DNA from: Utricularia gibba
Taxonomy: Eukaryota; Plantae; Magnoliophyta
Length of the DNA: 33,669 bases
Direction: 5' to 3'
Assembly (NCBI GenBank): GCA_002189035.1
Contig: NEEC01000123.1
Location: forward strand, 1 to 33,669
Positions within the stretch are counted from its first letter, which is position 1. Each line of letters starts with the position of its first letter. Below, piece by piece: positions 1-14,940 of the stretch. A program made the translations under genes and the position numbers. The notes below the pieces were generated by a model. The model ran no database searches, had not been told where the DNA came from, and worked only from the letters and a program-made list of their open reading frames with translations.

Positions 1-589
1 TTGTATACTCAGGATATGCGTAAATATTTATTTTAACAAATCCGGTGCACGTGTGATTTTTAGGCTGCACCCGAATGGTGATGCGCAATGAAATGACTAT
101 GTCGCACATCCTGGTCCACGAAGCACCTCTTCAAAACATGCAGATGCCTAACTCTTCATAGCACACCATTGGGAAGCCCTATTCGTGCTCCAAGTAGTAT
201 AATTTGGAGTTACGTTTGTCCCTAACTTGGACATATTAAAAACAAACCACAACGAAAAGTGTCTTACGTGTCCTTCCTTGGTGGCTGCGTTTAATAATGT
301 GCTTCTCGTTCTCGAAATTGATGCAAATGGGATACACGGCAAAAGAATCAATAGCCACTAGAGACATGGTGTAAGGGAATGGTGCATCAAGAATCAGAAG
401 TATCATGCAACTAATTGCATCAATCAACAGCCAAAACATATGGTGTCAAACTTCATCGGATATGCGATCAAGATGGAAAAAAGTCACATGTTACATCATG
501 AATTTCGTGGCATCACTTATCCCAACACTATTATACTCCAGGTACGCAAAAATGTTTACTTTTTAACGAATCCAGTGCACGTGTGATTT
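1..589. repeat. B-type monomer at the left edge (plus the tail of the preceding copy)
   Basis: Carries gactatgtcg, cagatgcta, ccctattcgtgc, ggagttacg, aataatgtgc, gcaaatgggatac, gtaaggg and attgcatc, plus the AT-rich tail variant aaatatttattttaacaaatccggtg. Confidence 0.9.
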
Positions 590-3240
590 TTAGGCTGCAC
601 CCCGAATGGTGATGCGCAATGAAATGACTAGGTCGCACATCCTGGTCCACGAAGCACCTCTTCCAAAACATGCAGATCCTAACTCTTCATAGCACACCAT
701 TGGGAAGCCCGATTCGAGCTCCAAGTAGTATAATTTGGAGTTTCGTTTGTCCGATAACTGTGGACATATTAAAAACAAACCACAACGAAAAGTGTCTTAC
801 GTGTCCTTCCTTGGTGGCTGCGTTTAATATTGTGCTTCTCGTTCTCGAAATTGATGCAACAAGATACACGGCAAAAGAATCAAATAGCCACTAGAGACAT
901 GGTGTATGGGAATGGTGCATCAAGAATCAGAAGTATCATGGCAACTAATTGAATCAATCAACAGCCAAAACATATGTGTCAAACTTCATCGGATATGCGA
1001 TCAAGATGGAAAAAAGTCACATGTTACATCATGAATTTCGTGGCATCACTTATCCCAACACTATTATACTCCAGGTACGCAAAAATGTTTACTTTTAACG
1101 AATCCAGTGCACGTGTGATTTTTAGGCTGCACCCCGAATGGTGATGCGCAATGAAATGACTAGGTCGCACATCCTGGTCCACGAAGCACCTCTTCCAAAA
1201 CATGCAGATCCTAACTCTTCATAGCACACCATTGGGAAGCCCGATTCGAGCTCCAAGTAGTATAATTTGGAGTTTCGTTTGTCCGATAACTGTGGACATA
1301 TTAAAAACAAACCACAACGAAAAGTGTCTTACGTGTCCTTCCTTGGTGGCTGCGTTTAATATTGTGCTTCTCGTTCTCGAAATTGATGCAAAAGATACAC
1401 GGAAAAAGAATCAAATAGCCACTAGAGACATGGTGTATGGGAATGGTGCATCAAGAATCAGAAGTATCATAGCAACTAATTGCATCAATCAACAGCCAAA
1501 ACATATGGTGTCAAACTTCATCGGATATGCGATCAAGATGGAAAAAAGTCACATGTTACATCATGAATTTCGTGGCATCACTTATCCCAACACTATTATA
1601 CACCAGGTACGCAAAAATGTTTACTTTTAACGAATCCAGTGCACGTGTGATTTTTAGGCTGCACCCCGAATGGTGATGCGCAATGAAATGACTAGGTCGC
1701 ACATCCTGGTCCACGAAGCACCTCTTCCAAAACATGCAGATCCTAACTCTTCATAGCACACCATTGGGAAGCCCGATTCGAGCTCCAAGTAGTATAATTT
1801 GGAGTTTCGTTTGTCCGATAACTGTGGACATATTAAAAAAAACCACAACGAAAAGTGTCTTACGTGTCCTTCCTTGGTGGCTGCGTTTAATATTGTGCTT
1901 CTCGTTCTCGAAATTGATGCAAACAAGATACACGGCAAAAGAATCAAATAGCCACTAGAGACATGGTGTATGGGAATGGTGCATCAAGAATCAGAAGTAT
2001 CATGGCAACTAATTGAATCAATCAACAGCCAAAACATATGGTGTCAAACTTCATCGGATATGCGATCAAGATGGAAAAAAGTCACATGTTACATCATGAA
2101 TTTCGTGGCATCACTTATCCCAACACTATTATACTCAGGTAAAAATTTTATTTTTAACGAATCCGTGCACGTGTGATTTTTAGGCTGCACCCCGAATGGT
2201 GATGCGCAATGAAATGACTAGTCGCACATCCTGGTCCACGAAGCACCTCTTCCAAAACATGCAGATCCTAACTCTTCATAGCACACCATTGGGAAGCCCA
2301 TTCGAGCTCCAAGTAGTATAATTTGGAGTTTCGTTTGTCCGATAACTGTGGACATATTAAAAACAAACCACAACGAAAAGTGTCTTACGTGTCCTTCCTT
2401 GGTGGCTGCGTTTAATATTGTGCTTCTCGTTCTCGAAATTGATGCAAAATACACGGCAAAAGAATCAAATAGCCACTAGAGACATGGTGTATGGGAATGG
2501 TGCATCAAGAATCAGAAGTATCATGCAACTAATTGAATCAATCAACAGCCAAAACATATGGTGTCAAACTTCATCGGATATGCGATCAAGATGGAAAAAA
2601 GTCACATGTTACATCATGAATTTCGTGGCATCACTTATCCCAACACTATTATACACCAGGTACGCAAAAATGTTTACTTTTAACGAATCCAGTGCACGTG
2701 TGATTTTTAGGCTGCACCCCGAATGGTGATGCGCAATGAAATGACTAGGTCGCACATCCTGGTCCACGAAGCACCTCTTCCAAAACATGCAGATCCTAAC
2801 TCTTCATAGCACACCATTGGGAAGCCCGATTCGAGCTCCAAGTAGTATAATTTGGAGTTTCGTTTGTCCGATAACTGTGGACATATTAAAAACAAACCAC
2901 AACGAAAAGTGTCTTACGTGTCCTTCCTTGGTGGCTGCGTTTAATATTGTGCTTCTCGTTCTCGAAATTGATGCAAACAAGATACACGGCAAAAGAATCA
3001 AATAGCCACTAGAGACATGGTGTATGGGAATGGTGCATCAAGAATCAGAAGTATCATGGCAACTAATTGAATCAATCAACAGCCAAAACATATGGTGTCA
3101 AACTTCATCGGATATGCGATCAAGATGGAAAAAAGTCACATGTTACATCATGAATTTCGTGGCATCACTTATCCCAACACTATTATACTCCAGGTACGCA
3201 AAAATGTTTACTTTTAACGAATCCAGTGCACGTGTGATTT

Positions 3241-3774
3241 TTAGGCTGCACCCCGAATGGTGATGCGCAATGAAATGACTAGGTCGCACATCCTGGTCCA
3301 CGAAGCACCTCTTCCAAAACATGCAGATCCTAACTCTTCATAGCACACCATTGGGAAGCCCGATTCGAGCTCCAAGTAGTATAATTTGGAGTTTCGTTTG
3401 TCCGATAACTGTGGACATATTAAAAACAAACCACAACGAAAAGTGTCTTACGTGTCCTTCCTTGGTGGCTGCGTTTAATATTGTGCTTCTCGTTCTCGAA
3501 ATTGATGCAAACAAGATACACGGAAAAAGAATCAAATAGCCACTAGAGACATGGTGTATGGGAATGGTGCATCAAGAATCAGAAGTATCATAGCAACTAA
3601 TTGCATCAATCAACAGCCAAAACATATGGTGTCAAACTTCATCGGATATGCGATCAAGATGGAAAAAAGTCACATGTTACATCATGAATTTCGTGGCATC
3701 ACTTATCCCAACACTATTATACACCAGGTACGCAAAAATGTTTACTTTTAACGAATCCAGTGCACGTGTGATTT
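3241..3774 (+). repeat. Representative full-length monomer (534 bp), mostly A-type
   Basis: Runs from ttaggctgcacccc at 3241 to the next ttaggc at 3775. Hand count: 116 C + 104 G of 534 nt (~41% GC), 20 CpG. Contains SacI GAGCTC, NdeI CATATG and overlapping ApaLI GTGCAC / PmlI CACGTG sites. Confidence 0.97.
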
Positions 3775-6700
3775 TTAGGCTGCACCCCGAATGGTGATGC
3801 GCAATGAAATGACTAGGTCGCACATCCTGGTCCACGAAGCACCTCTTCCAAAACATGCAGATCCTAACTCTTCATAGCACACCATTGGGAAGCCCGATTC
3901 GAGCTCCAAGTAGTATAATTTGGAGTTTCGTTTGTCCGATAACTGTGGACATATTAAAAACAAACCACAACGAAAAGTGTCTTACGTGTCCTTCCTTGGT
4001 GGCTGCGTTTAATATTGTGCTTCTCGTTCTCGAAATTGATGCAAGATACACGGCAAAAGAATCAAATAGCCACTAGAGACATGGTGTATGGGAATGGTGC
4101 ATCAAGAATCAGAAGTATCATGCAACTAATTGAATCAATCAACAGCCAAAACATATGGTGTCAAACTTCATCGGATATGCGATCAAGATGGAAAAAAGTC
4201 ACATGTTACATCATGAATTTCGTGGCATCACTTATCCCAACACTATTATACTCCAGGTACGCAAAAATGTTTACTTTTAACGAATCCAGTGCACGTGTGA
4301 TTTTTAGGCTGCACCCCGAATGGTGATGCGCAATGAAATGACTAGGTCGCACATCCTGGTCCACGAAGCACCTCTTCCAAAACATGCAGATCCTAACTCT
4401 TCATAGCACACCATTGGGAAGCCCGATTCGAGCTCCAAGTAGTATAATTTGGAGTTTCGTTTGTCCGATAACTGTGGACATATTAAAAACAAACCACAAC
4501 GAAAAGTGTCTTACGTGTCCTTCCTTGGTGGCTGCGTTTAATATGTGCTTCTCGTTCTCGAAATTGATGCAAAGATACACGGCAAAAGAATCAAATAGCC
4601 ACTAGAGACATGGTGTAAGGGAATGGTGCATCAAGAATCAGAAGTATCATGCAACTAATTGCATCAATCAACAGCCAAAACATATGGTGTCAAACTTCAT
4701 CGGATATGCGATCAAGATGGAAAAAAGTCACATGTTACATCATGAATTTCGTGGCATCACTTATCCCAACACTATTATACTCAGGTACGCAAAAATGTTT
4801 ACTTTTAACGAATCCAGTGCACGTGTGATTTTTAGGCTGCACCCCGAATGGTGATGCGCAATGAAATGACTAGGTCGCACATCCTGGTCCACGAAGCACC
4901 TCTTCCAAAACATGCAGATCCTAACTCTTCATAGCACACCATTGGGAAGCCCGATTCGAGCTCCAAGTAGTATAATTTGGAGTTTCGTTTGTCCGATAAC
5001 TGTGGACATATTAAAAACAAACCACAACGAAAAGTGTCTTACGTGTCCTTCCTTGGTGGCTGCGTTTAATATTGTGCTTCTCGTTCTCGAAATTGATGCA
5101 AACAAGATACACGGAAAAGAATCAAATAGCCACTAGAGACATGGTGTATGGGAATGGTGCATCAAGAATCAGAAGTATCATGGCAACTAATTGAATCAAT
5201 CAACAGCCAAAACATATGGTGTCAAACTTCATCGGATATGCGATCAAGATGGAAAAAAGTCACATGTTACATCATGAATTTCGTGGCATCACTTATCCCA
5301 ACACTATTATACTCCAGGTACGCAAAAATGTTTACTTTTAACGAATCCAGTGCACGTGTGATTTTTAGGCTGCACCCCGAATGGTGATGCGCAATGAAAT
5401 GACTAGGTCGCACATCCTGGTCCACGAAGCACCTCTTCCAAAACATGCAGATCCTAACTCTTCATAGCACACCATTGGGAAGCCCGATTCGAGCTCCAAG
5501 TAGTATAATTTGGAGTTTCGTTTGTCCGATAACTGTGGACATATTAAAAACAAACCACAACGAAAAGTGTCTTACGTGTCCTTCCTTGGTGGCTGCGTTT
5601 AATATTGTGCTTCTCGTTCTCGAAATTGATGCAAGCAAGATACACGGAAAAGAATCAAATAGCCACTAGAGACATGGTGTATGGGAATGGTGCATCAAGA
5701 ATCAGAAGTATCATGGCAACTAATTGAATCAATCAACAGCCAAAACATATGGTGTCAAACTTCATCGGATATGCGATCAAGATGGAAAAAAGTCACATGT
5801 TACATCATGAATTTCGTGGCATCACTTATCCCAACACTATTATACTCCAGGTACGCAAAAATGTTTACTTTTAACGAATCCAGTGCACGTGTGATTTTTA
5901 GGCTGCACCCCGAATGGTGATGCGCAATGAAATGACTAGGTCGCACATCCTGGTCCACGAAGCACCTCTTCCAAAACATGCAGATCCTAACTCTTCATAG
6001 CACACCATTGGGAAGCCCGATTCGAGCTCCAAGTAGTATAATTTGGAGTTTCGTTTGTCCGATAACTGTGGACATATTAAAAACAAACCACAACGAAAAG
6101 TGTCTTACGTGTCCTTCCTTGGTGGCTGCGTTTAATATTGTGCTTCTCGTTCTCGAAATTGATGCAAACAAGATACACGGAAAAGAATCAAATAGCCACT
6201 AGAGACATGGTGTATGGGAATGGTGCATCAAGAATCAGAAGTATCATGGCAACTAATTGAATCAATCAACAGCCAAAACATATGGTGTCAAACTTCATCG
6301 GATATGCGATCAAGATGGAAAAAAGTCACATGTTACATCATGAATTTCGTGGCATCACTTATCCCAACACTATTATACTCCAGGTACGCAAAAATGTTTA
6401 CTTTTAACGAATCCAGTGCACGTGTGATTTTTAGGCTGCACCCGAATGGTGATGCGCAATGAAATGACTAGGTCGCACATCCTGGTCCACGAAGCACCTC
6501 TTCCAAAACATGCAGATCCTAACTCTTCATAGCACACCATTGGGAAGCCCGATTCGAGCTCCAAGTAGTATAATTTGGAGTTTCGTTTGTCCGATAACTG
6601 TGGACATATTAAAAACAAACCACAACGAAAAGTGTCTTACGTGTCCTTCCTTGGTGGCTGCGTTTAATATTGTGCTTCTCGTTCTCGAAATTGATGCAAC

Positions 6701-9700
6701 AAGATACACGGAAAAGAATCAAATAGCCACTAGAGACATGGTGTATGGGAATGGTGCATCAAGAATCAGAAGTATCATGGCAACTAATTGAATCAATCAA
6801 CAGCCAAAACATATGGTGTCAAACTTCATCGGATATGCGATCAAGATGGAAAAAAGTCACATGTTACATCATGAATTTCGTGGCATCACTTATCCCAACA
6901 CTATTATACTCAGGTACGCAAAAATGTTTACTTTTAACGAATCCAGTGCACGTGTGATTTTTAGGCTGCACCCCGAATGGTGATGCGCAATGAAATGACT
7001 AGGTCGCACATCCTGGTCCACGAAGCACCTCTTCCAAAACATGCAGATCCTAACTCTTCATAGCACACCATTGGGAAGCCCGATTCGAGCTCCAAGTAGT
7101 ATAATTTGGAGTTTCGTTTGTCCGATAACTGTGGACATATTAAAAACAAACCACAACGAAAAGTGTCTTACGTGTCCTTCCTTGGTGGCTGCGTTTAATA
7201 TGTGCTTCTCGTTCTCGAAATTGATGCAAACAAGATACACGGCAAAAGAATCAAATAGCCACTAGAGACATGGTGTATGGGAATGGTGCATCAAGAATCA
7301 GAAGTATCATGGCAACTAATTGAATCAATCAACAGCCAAAACATATGGTGTCAAACTTCATCGGATATGCGATCAAGATGGAAAAAAGTCACATGTTACA
7401 TCATGAATTTCGTGGCATCACTTATCCCAACACTATTATACTCCAGGTACGCAAAAATGTTTACTTTTAACGAATCCAGTGCACGTGTGATTTTTAGGCT
7501 GCACCCCGAATGGTGATGCGCAATGAAATGACTAGGTCGCACATCCTGGTCCACGAAGCACCTCTTCCAAAACATGCAGATCCTAACTCTTCATAGCACA
7601 CCATTGGGAAGCCCGATTCGAGCTCCAAGTAGTATAATTTGGAGTTTCGTTTGTCCGATAACTGTGGACATATTAAAAACAAACCACAACGAAAAGTGTC
7701 TTACGTGTCCTTCCTTGGTGGCTGCGTTTAATATTGTGCTTCTCGTTCTCGAAATTGATGCAAACAAGATACACGGAAAAGAATCAAATAGCCACTAGAG
7801 ACATGGTGTATGGGAATGGTGCATCAAGAATCAGAAGTATCATGGCAACTAATTGAATCAATCAACAGCCAAAACATATGTGTCAAACTTCATCGGATAT
7901 GCGATCAAGATGGAAAAAAGTCACATGTTACATCATGAATTTCGTGGCATCACTTATCCCAACACTATTATACCCAGGTACGCAAAAATGTTTACTTTTA
8001 ACGAATCCAGTGCACGTGTGATTTTTAGGCTGCACCCCGAATGGTGATGCGCAATGAAATGACTAGGTCGCACATCCTGGTCCACGAAGCACCTCTTCCA
8101 AAACATGCAGATCCTAACTCTTCATAGCACACCATTGGGAAGCCCGATTCGAGCTCCAAGTAGTATAATTTGGAGTTTCGTTTGTCCGATAACTGTGGAC
8201 ATATTAAAAACAAACCACAACGAAAAGTGTCTTACGTGTCCTTCCTTGGTGGCTGCGTTTAATATTGTGCTTCTCGTTCTCGAAATTGATGCAAAAGATA
8301 CACGGCAAAAGAATCAAATAGCCACTAGAGACATGGTGTATGGGAATGGTGCATCAAGAATCAGAAGTATCATGGCAACTAATTGAATCAATCAACAGCC
8401 AAAACATATGGTGTCAAACTTCATCGGATATGCGATCAAGATGGAAAAAAGTCACATGTTACATCATGAATTTCGTGGCATCACTTATCCCAACACTATT
8501 ATACTCCAGGTACGCAAAAATGTTTACTTTTAACGAATCCAGTGCACGTGTGATTTTTAGGCTGCACCCCGAATGGTGATGCGCAATGAAATGACTAGGT
8601 CGCACATCCTGGTCCACGAAGCACCTCTTCCAAAACATGCAGATCCTAACTCTTCATAGCACACCATTGGGAAGCCCGATTCGAGCTCCAAGTAGTATAA
8701 TTTGGAGTTTCGTTTGTCCGATAACTGTGGACATATTAAAAACAAACCACAACGAAAAGTGTCTTACGTGTCCTTCCTTGGTGGCTGCGTTTAATATTGT
8801 GCTTCTCGTTCTCGAAATTGATGCAAACAAGATACACGGCAAAAGAATCAAATAGCCACTAGAGACATGGTGTATGGGAATGGTGCATCAAGAATCAGAA
8901 GTATCATGGCAACTAATTGAATCAATCAACAGCCAAAACATATGGTCAAACTTCATCGGATATGCGATCAAGATGGAAAAAAGTCACATGTTACATCATG
9001 AATTTCGTGGCATCACTTATCCCAACACTATTATACTCCAGGTACGCAAAAATGTTTACTTTTAACGAATCCAGTGCACGTGTGATTTTTAGGCTGCACC
9101 CCGAATGGTGATGCGCAATGAAATGACTAGGTCGCACATCCTGGTCCACGAAGCACCTCTTCCAAAACATGCAGATCCTAACTCTTCATAGCACACCATT
9201 GGGAAGCCCGATTCGAGCTCCAAGTAGTATAATTTGGAGTTTCGTTTGTCCGATAACTGTGGACATATTAAAAACAAACCACAACGAAAAGTGTCTTACG
9301 TGTCCTTCCTTGGTGGCTGCGTTTAATATTGTGCTTCTCGTTCTCGAAATTGATGCAAACAAGATACACGGAAAAGAATCAAATAGCCACTAGAGACATG
9401 GTGTATGGGAATGGTGCATCAAGAATCAGAAGTATCATGCAACTAATTGATCAATCAACAGCCAAAACATATGGTGTCAAACTTCATCGGATATGCGATC
9501 AAGATGGAAAAAAGTCACATGTTACATCATGAATTTCGTGGCATCACTTATCCCAACACTATTATACTCCAGGTACGCAAAAATGTTTACTTTTAACGAA
9601 TCCAGTGCACGTGTGATTTTTAGGCTGCACCCCGAATGGTGATGCGCAATGAAATGACTAGGTCGCACATCCTGGTCCACGAAGCACCTCTTCCAAAACA

Positions 9701-12700
9701 TGCAGATCCTAACTCTTCATAGCACACCATTGGGAAGCCCGATTCGAGCTCCAAGTAGTATAATTTGGAGTTTCGTTTGTCCGATAACTGTGGACATATT
9801 AAAAACAAACCACAACGAAAAGTGTCTTACGTGTCCTTCCTTGGTGGCTGCGTTTAATATTGTGCTTCTCGTTCTCGAAATTGATGCAAAAGATACACGG
9901 CAAAAGAATCAAATAGCCACTAGAGACATGGTGTATGGGAATGGTGCATCAAGAATCAGAAGTATCATGGCAACTAATTGAATCAATCAACAGCCAAAAC
10001 ATATGGTGTCAAACTTCATCGGATATGCGATCAAGATGGAAAAAAGTCACATGTTACATCATGAATTTCGTGGCATCACTTATCCCAACACTATTTATAC
10101 TCAGGTATGCGTAAAATTTACTTTTAACAAATCCAGTGCACGTGTGATTTTTAGGCTGCACCCCGAATGGTGATGCGCAATGAAATGACTAGTCGCACAT
10201 CCTGGTCCACGAAGCACCTCTTCCAAAACATGCAGATCCTAACTCTTCATAGCACACCATTGGGAAGCCCGATTCGAGCTCCAAGTAGTATAATTTGGAG
10301 TTTCGTTTGTCCGATAACTGTGGACATATTAAAAACAAACCACAACGAAAAGTGTCTTACGTGTCCTTCCTTGGTGGCTGCGTTTAATATTGTGCTTCTC
10401 GTTCTCGAAATTGATGCAAACAAGATACACGGCAAAAGAATCAAATAGCCACTAGAGACATGGTGTATGGGAATGGTGCATCAAGAATCAGAAGTATCAT
10501 GCAACTAATTGATCAATCAACAGCCAAAACATATGGTGTCAAACTTCATCGGATATGCGATCAAGATGGAAAAAAGTCACATGTTACATCATGAATTTCG
10601 TGGCATCACTTATCCCAACACTATTATACTCCAGGTACGCAAAAATGTTTACTTTTAACGAATCCAGTGCACGTGTGATTTTTAGGCTGCACCCCGAATG
10701 GTGATGCGCAATGAAATGACTAGGTCGCACATCCTGGTCCACGAAGCACCTCTTCCAAAACATGCAGATCCTAACTCTTCATAGCACACCATTGGGAAGC
10801 CCGATTCGAGCTCCAAGTAGTATAATTTGGAGTTTCGTTTGTCCGATAACTGTGGACATATTAAAAACAAACCACAACGAAAAGTGTCTTACGTGTCCTT
10901 CCTTGGTGGCTGCGTTTAATATTGTGCTTCTCGTTCTCGAAATTGATGCAAACAAGATACACGGAAAAAGAATCAAATAGCCACTAGAGACATGGTGTAT
11001 GGGAATGGTGCATCAAGAATCAGAAGTATCATGGCAACTAATTGAATCAATCAACAGCCAAAACATATGGTGTCAAACTTCATCGGATATGCGATCAAGA
11101 TGGAAAAAAGTCACATGTTACATCATGAATTTCGTGGCATCACTTATCCCAACACTATTATACTCCAGGTACGCAAAAATGTTTACTTTTAACGAATCCA
11201 GTGCACGTGTGATTTTTAGGCTGCACCCCGAATGGTGATGCGCAATGAAATGACTAGGTCGCACATCCTGGTCCACGAAGCACCTCTTCCAAAACATGCA
11301 GATCCTAACTCTTCATAGCACACCATTGGGAAGCCCGATTCGAGCTCCAAGTAGTATAATTTGGAGTTTCGTTTGTCCGATAACTGTGGACATATTAAAA
11401 ACAAACCACAACGAAAAGTGTCTTACGTGTCCTTCCTTGGTGGCTGCGTTTAATATTGTGCTTCTCGTTCTCGAAATTGATGCAAGCAAGATACACGGAA
11501 AAAGAATCAAATAGCCACTAGAGACATGGTGTATGGGAATGGTGCATCAAGAATCAGAAGTATCATGGCAACTAATTGAATCAATCAACAGCCAAAACAT
11601 ATGGTGTCAAACTTCATCGGATATGCGATCAAGATGGAAAAAAGTCACATGTTACATCATGAATTTCGTGGCATCACTTATCCCAACACTATTATACTCC
11701 AGGTACGCAAAAATGTTTACTTTTAACGAATCCAGTGCACGTGTGATTTTTAGGCTGCACCCCGAATGGTGATGCGCAATGAAATGACTAGGTCGCACAT
11801 CCTGGTCCACGAAGCACCTCTTCCAAAACATGCAGATCCTAACTCTTCATAGCACACCATTGGGAAGCCCGATTCGAGCTCCAAGTAGTATAATTTGGAG
11901 TTTCGTTTGTCCGATAACTGTGGACATATTAAAAACAAACCACAACGAAAAGTGTCTTACGTGTCCTTCCTTGGTGGCTGCGTTTAATATTGTGCTTCTC
12001 GTTCTCGAAATTGATGCAAAAGATACACGGCAAAAGAATCAAATAGCCACTAGAGACATGGTGTATGGGAATGGTGCATCAAGAATCAGAAGTATCATAG
12101 CAACTAATTGAATCAATCAACAGCCAAAACATATGGTGTCAAACTTCATCGGATATGCGATCAAGATGGAAAAAAGTCACATGTTACATCATGAATTTCG
12201 TGGCATCACTTATCCCAACACTATACTCAGGTACGCAAATATTTATTTTAACGAATCCAGTGCACGTGTGATTTTTAGGCTGCACCCCGAATGGTGATGC
12301 GCAATGAAATGACTAGGTCGCACATCCTGGTCCACGAAGCACCTCTTCCAAAACATGCAGATCCTAACTCTTCATAGCACACCATTGGGAAGCCCGATTC
12401 GAGCTCCAAGTAGTATAATTTGGAGTTTCGTTTGTCCGATAACTGTGGACATATTAAAAACAAACCACAACGAAAAGTGTCTTACGTGTCCTTCCTTGGT
12501 GGCTGCGTTTAATATGTGCTTCTCGTTCTCGAAATTGATGCAAGGGATACACGGCAAAAGAATCAAATAGCCACTAGAGACATGGTGTATGGGAATGGTG
12601 CATCAAGAATCAGAAGTATCATGCAACTAATTGAATCAATCAACAGCCAAAACATATGGTGTCAAACTTCATCGGATATGCGATCAAGATGGAAAAAAGT

Positions 12701-14860
12701 CACATGTTACATCATGAATTTCGTGGCATCACTTATCCCAACACTATTATACACCAGGTACGCAAAAATGTTTACTTTTAACGAATCCAGTGCACGTGTG
12801 ATTTTTAGGCTGCACCCCGAATGGTGATGCGCAATGAAATGACTAGGTCGCACATCCTGGTCCACGAAGCACCTCTTCCAAAACATGCAGATCCTAACTC
12901 TTCATAGCACACCATTGGGAAGCCCGATTCGAGCTCCAAGTAGTATAATTTGGAGTTTCGTTTGTCCGATAACTGTGGACATATTAAAAACAAACCACAA
13001 CGAAAAGTGTCTTACGTGTCCTTCCTTGGTGGCTGCGTTTAATATTGTGCTTCTCGTTCTCGAAATTGATGCAAACAAGATACACGGAAAAAATCAAATA
13101 GCCACTAGAGACATGGTGTATGGGAATGGTGCATCAAGAATCAGAAGTATCATGGCAACTAATTGAATCAATCAACAGCCAAAACATATGGTGTCAAACT
13201 TCATCGGATATGCGATCAAGATGGAAAAAAGTCACATGTTACATCATGAATTTCGTGGCATCACTTATCCCAACACTATTATACTCCAGGTACGCAAAAA
13301 TGTTTACTTTTAACGAATCCAGTGCACGTGTGATTTTTAGGCTGCACCCCGAATGGTGATGCGCAATGAAATGACTAGGTCGCACATCCTGGTCCACGAA
13401 GCACCTCTTCCAAAACATGCAGATCCTAACTCTTCATAGCACACCATTGGGAAGCCCGATTCGAGCTCCAAGTAGTATAATTTGGAGTTTCGTTTGTCCG
13501 ATAACTGTGGACATATTAAAAACAAACCACAACGAAAAGTGTCTTACGTGTCCTTCCTTGGTGGCTGCGTTTAATATTGTGCTTCTCGTTCTCGAAATTG
13601 ATGCAAGCAAGATACACGGAAAAGAATCAAATAGCCACTAGAGACATGGTGTATGGGAATGGTGCATCAAGAATCAGAAGTATCATGGCAACTAATTGAA
13701 TCAATCAACAGCCAAAACATATGGTGTCAAACTTCATCGGATATGCGATCAAGATGGAAAAAAGTCACATGTTACATCATGAATTTCGTGGCATCACTTA
13801 TCCCAACACTATTATACTCCAGGTACGCAAAAATGTTTACTTTTAACGAATCCAGTGCACGTGTGATTTTTAGGCTGCACCCCGAATGGTGATGCGCAAT
13901 GAAATGACTAGGTCGCACATCCTGGTCCACGAAGCACCTCTTCCAAAACATGCAGATCCTAACTCTTCATAGCACACCATTGGGAAGCCCGATTCGAGCT
14001 CCAAGTAGTATAATTTGGAGTTTCGTTTGTCCGATAACTGTGGACATATTAAAAACAAACCACAACGAAAAGTGTCTTACGTGTCCTTCCTTGGTGGCTG
14101 CGTTTAATATGTGCTTCTCGTTCTCGAAATTGATGCAAGCAAGATACACGGAAAAAGAATCAAATAGCCACTAGAGACATGGTGTATGGGAATGGTGCAT
14201 CAAGAATCAGAAGTATCATGCAACTAATTGAATCAATCAACAGCCAAAACATATGGTGTCAAACTTCATCGGATATGCGATCAAGATGGAAAAAAGTCAC
14301 ATGTTACATCATGAATTTCGTGGCATCACTTATCCCAACACTATACTCAGGTACGTAAATATTTTTTTTAACGAATCCAGTGCACGTGTGATTTTTAGAA
14401 TGGTGATGCGCAATGAAATGACTAGTCGCACATCCTGGTCCACGAAGCACCTCTTCCAAAACATGCAGATCCTAACTCTTCATAGCACACCATTGGGAAG
14501 CCATTCGAGCTCCAAGTAGTATAATTTGGAGTTTCGTTTGTCCGATAACTGTGGACATATTAAAAACAAACCACAACGAAAAGTGTCTTACGTGTCCTTC
14601 CTTGGTGGCTGCGTTTAATATGTGCTTCTCGTTCTCGAAATTGATGCAAATGATACACGGCAAAAGAATCAAATAGCCACTAGAGACATGGTGTAAGGGA
14701 ATGGTGCATCAAGAATCAGAAGTATCATAGCAACTAATTGCATCAATCAACAGCCAAAACATATGGTCAAACTTCATCGGATATGCGATCAAGATGGAAA
14801 AAAGTCACATGTTACATCATGAATTTCGTGGCATCACTTATCCCAACACTATTATACACC

Positions 14861-14940
14861 AGACGCAGTTTACAACGAATCCAGTGCACGTGTCTGCAAA
14901 ATGCGCAATGAAATGACTAGACATCCTAAGCTCTTCCATG
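14861..14940. repeat. Degraded monomer junction with ~10 clustered microdeletions
   Basis: The sequence aligns colinearly to the consensus with short deletions only (2-10 nt each, ~52 nt total) and no substitutions. Confidence 0.9.

Noticed and set aside
3370-3391. Small inverted repeat ctccaa-N10-ttggag, plus several 6-bp palindromes per monomer (TGCGCA, GAGCTC, CATATG, ACATGT, TCATGA, GTGCAC, CACGTG)
   Set aside because: A 6-bp stem and about 8 palindromic hexamers per 534 nt are at chance expectation. There is no evidence of a terminator, MITE terminal inverted repeats or a functional G-box.
3392-3408. CENP-B-box-like motif (tttcgtttgtccgataa)
   Set aside because: Only the TTCG half matches; the required A and CGGG positions of the box are absent.
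3314-3645. Possible internal subrepeat (ccaaaacat...aac..ttcat at 3314 and 3617; gaatggtg twice)
   Set aside because: Similarity is limited to 8-9 nt words with no extended alignment, which is insufficient to claim a subunit structure.
3241-3774. 5S rDNA-like array: unit size is plausible and short motifs resemble plant 5S rRNA (atgcgatca, aagcacc, gatcc, aactc, agtagta, gggaagccc, tgcacccc)
   Set aside because: The motifs are scattered over hundreds of nt with the wrong order and spacing (gggaagccc precedes agtagta; atgcgatca lies ~190 nt upstream of aagcacc). No contiguous ~120-nt 5S gene can be aligned. An Infernal search with RF00001 would settle it.
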